Assembly: GCA_013265495.1 (NCBI GenBank)
Contig: MU059758.1
Span: 5,661,067 to 5,725,066, forward strand
DNA from: Vicugna vicugna
Lineage: Eukaryota
Length of the DNA stretch: 64,000 nucleotides
Direction: 5' to 3'
Made by a program: the position numbers and the translations under genes. The notes under the pieces were generated by a model, which did no database searches, was not told the origin of the DNA, and saw only the letters and a list, made by a program, of their open reading frames with translations. Positions 62,581-64,000 of the stretch are shown here, one piece after another; the first letter of the stretch is position 1, and each line of letters begins with the position of its first letter.

Positions 62581-63380
62581 TTTTTTTTAAATTTATTTTT
62601 ATTGAGGTATAGTTGATTTACAATGTGTTAGTTTCAGATGTACAGCGTAGTGATTCTGTTATACAAGTACATATGCATATATTCTTTTTTAGATTCTTTT
62701 CTGTTATAGGTTATTTTAAGATATTGAATGTAGTTCCCTAAACAGTAGGAACTTGCTCATCTATTTTATATATAGCAGTGTGTATCTGTTAATCCCAAAC
62801 TCCTGATTTATCCCACCCCCTTCCTCTCCGGTAACCATAAGTTTGTTTTCTATGTCTGTGAGTCTGTTTTGGGTTTATAAATAAGTTCATTTGTATAATT
62901 TTTTTTAGATTCAACATATAAGTGATATCATATATTTATCTTTCTCTGTCTGACTTTCTTCACTTAGGANNNNNNNNNNNNNNNNNNNNNNNNNNNNNNN
63001 NNNNNNNNNNNNNNNNNNNNNNNNNNNNNNNNNNNNNNNNNNNNNNNNNNNNNNNNNNNNNNNNNNNNNNNNNNNNNNNNNNNNNNNNNNNNNNNNNNNN
63101 NNNNNNNNNNNNNNNNNNNNNNNNNNNNNNNNNNNNNNNNNNNNNNNNNNNNNNNNTTTTTCAAGTTAGAGTTTCCTCTGGATTTATGCCCAGGAGTGGG
63201 ATTGCTGGATCACATGGTAGGTCTATTTTTAGTCTTTTGAGGAATCTCCATGCTGTTTTTCATAACAGCTGCACCAAACTGCATTCCCACCAGCAGTACA
63301 GGAGGGCTCCCCATTCTCCACACCCTCTAGCATTTATCATCTGTGGACTTTTTGATGGTGGCCATTCTGACTGGTGGGTA
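62581..63380 (-). mobile_element. 5'-truncated camelid L1 (3' UTR and ORF2 end), gapped
   Basis: attgaggtatagttgatttacaatg...ccaggagtgggattgctggatcacatggtagg...ttcccaccagcagtacaggaggg. Confidence 0.95.
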
Positions 63381-63844
63381 CTCATTGTATGCAGTATACT
63401 TTCAAGACGTCACTTTGCCTTCCTGCCACCCTGGGCTGCACGTCCTGCACCTGCTGGCTCTGCTGCTTTGAGAGGGGGGCACACGCCCCAGGCCCAGCTG
63501 TCTCAGCCCCTGCTGGGCATGCCTTGCATTTTCTGCTTGGGCCATGTCTCCCAGGGACCCACAAAATACTCTTCCAGAAAATGAAGAAAACAGCAGCTCC
63601 TTGTCTTCTGCTCTCTGTTCTGACCTTGTCTGGAAGGATTGCTTTACAGTCTGGCCCTTCGACAGTTTCCAGCCACAGAATTCCCCAGCACTTGTAAGAA
63701 AACCTAGCCCCCTCCTGTCCAGACTGGAATCTGCTCTGGGGCATGGCTGGGTTGGTTTGCTGTTTGTTCACGTGGCAGCCTTCCCACTTCTTGATTCGTA
63801 TCCAGATCATTTTCACCTCCACTATGTTTTCTTCAAGGCTCATC

Positions 63845-64000
63845 TTAGCTCAGGCCGCTGTAACAAAACCCCACAGGCCAGGCAGCTTAAACAGCAGACG
63901 GTTGTCCCGCAGTCCTGGTGGCTGAGTCCCAGATCACGGCGCTGACAGATCTGGTTGTGGGGGGGTTTGCACAGGACCCTCTGCTGTGTCCTCATGTGGC
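63845..64000 (-). mobile_element. MaLR LTR fragment (MLT1A/MST-like)
   Basis: cttagctcaggccgctgtaacaaaaccccacagg...cttaaacagcagac...gtcccagatcacggcgctg...gctgtgtcctcatgtggc. Confidence 0.75.

Larger units (their letters stand above)
1203..63156. other. Nine assembly gaps: 1203-1331, 1591-1722, 3141-3298, 13681-13859, 35844-36026, 38928-39057, 52230-52370, 60288-60484, 62970-63156
   Basis: N runs seen directly; most lie in or beside L1 copies. Confidence 0.99.

Noticed and set aside
1071-63584. ORFs containing X runs
   Set aside because: They are artefacts of reading through N gaps, mostly within L1 remnants.

Overview
Mammalian nuclear DNA from a gapped short-read scaffold (nine N-runs of 129-197 nt). 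It is most likely camelid, inferred from Vic-1-type tRNA-derived SINEs, cetartiodactyl-type L1 3' ends, and no recognisable Alu, B1/B2, Bov-A/BovB or PRE-1. I could not recognise any protein-coding gene, RNA gene or CRISPR array. The ORF track is explained by GC-richness, repeats and N gaps. The window is interspersed-repeat-rich non-coding DNA (old and young L1, L2, MIR, MaLR and ERV1-type LTRs, hAT/Tigger relics). Its main landmark is one orphan CpG island (about 8.7-10.26 kb). The island holds a 172-173 bp tandem duplication whose units carry a CTCF-like site, a YY1 site and TGCACAC (MTF1 MRE / ZSCAN4-type) motifs. Candidate GT-AG exons lead away from the island on both strands, suggesting an unannotated, possibly bidirectional non-coding or 5'UTR-rich locus; this is inference only. 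A 1,894 bp duplication across a gap at 33.9-37.9 kb is probably an assembly artefact. All repeat family names are recognised from memory, not from a database search.
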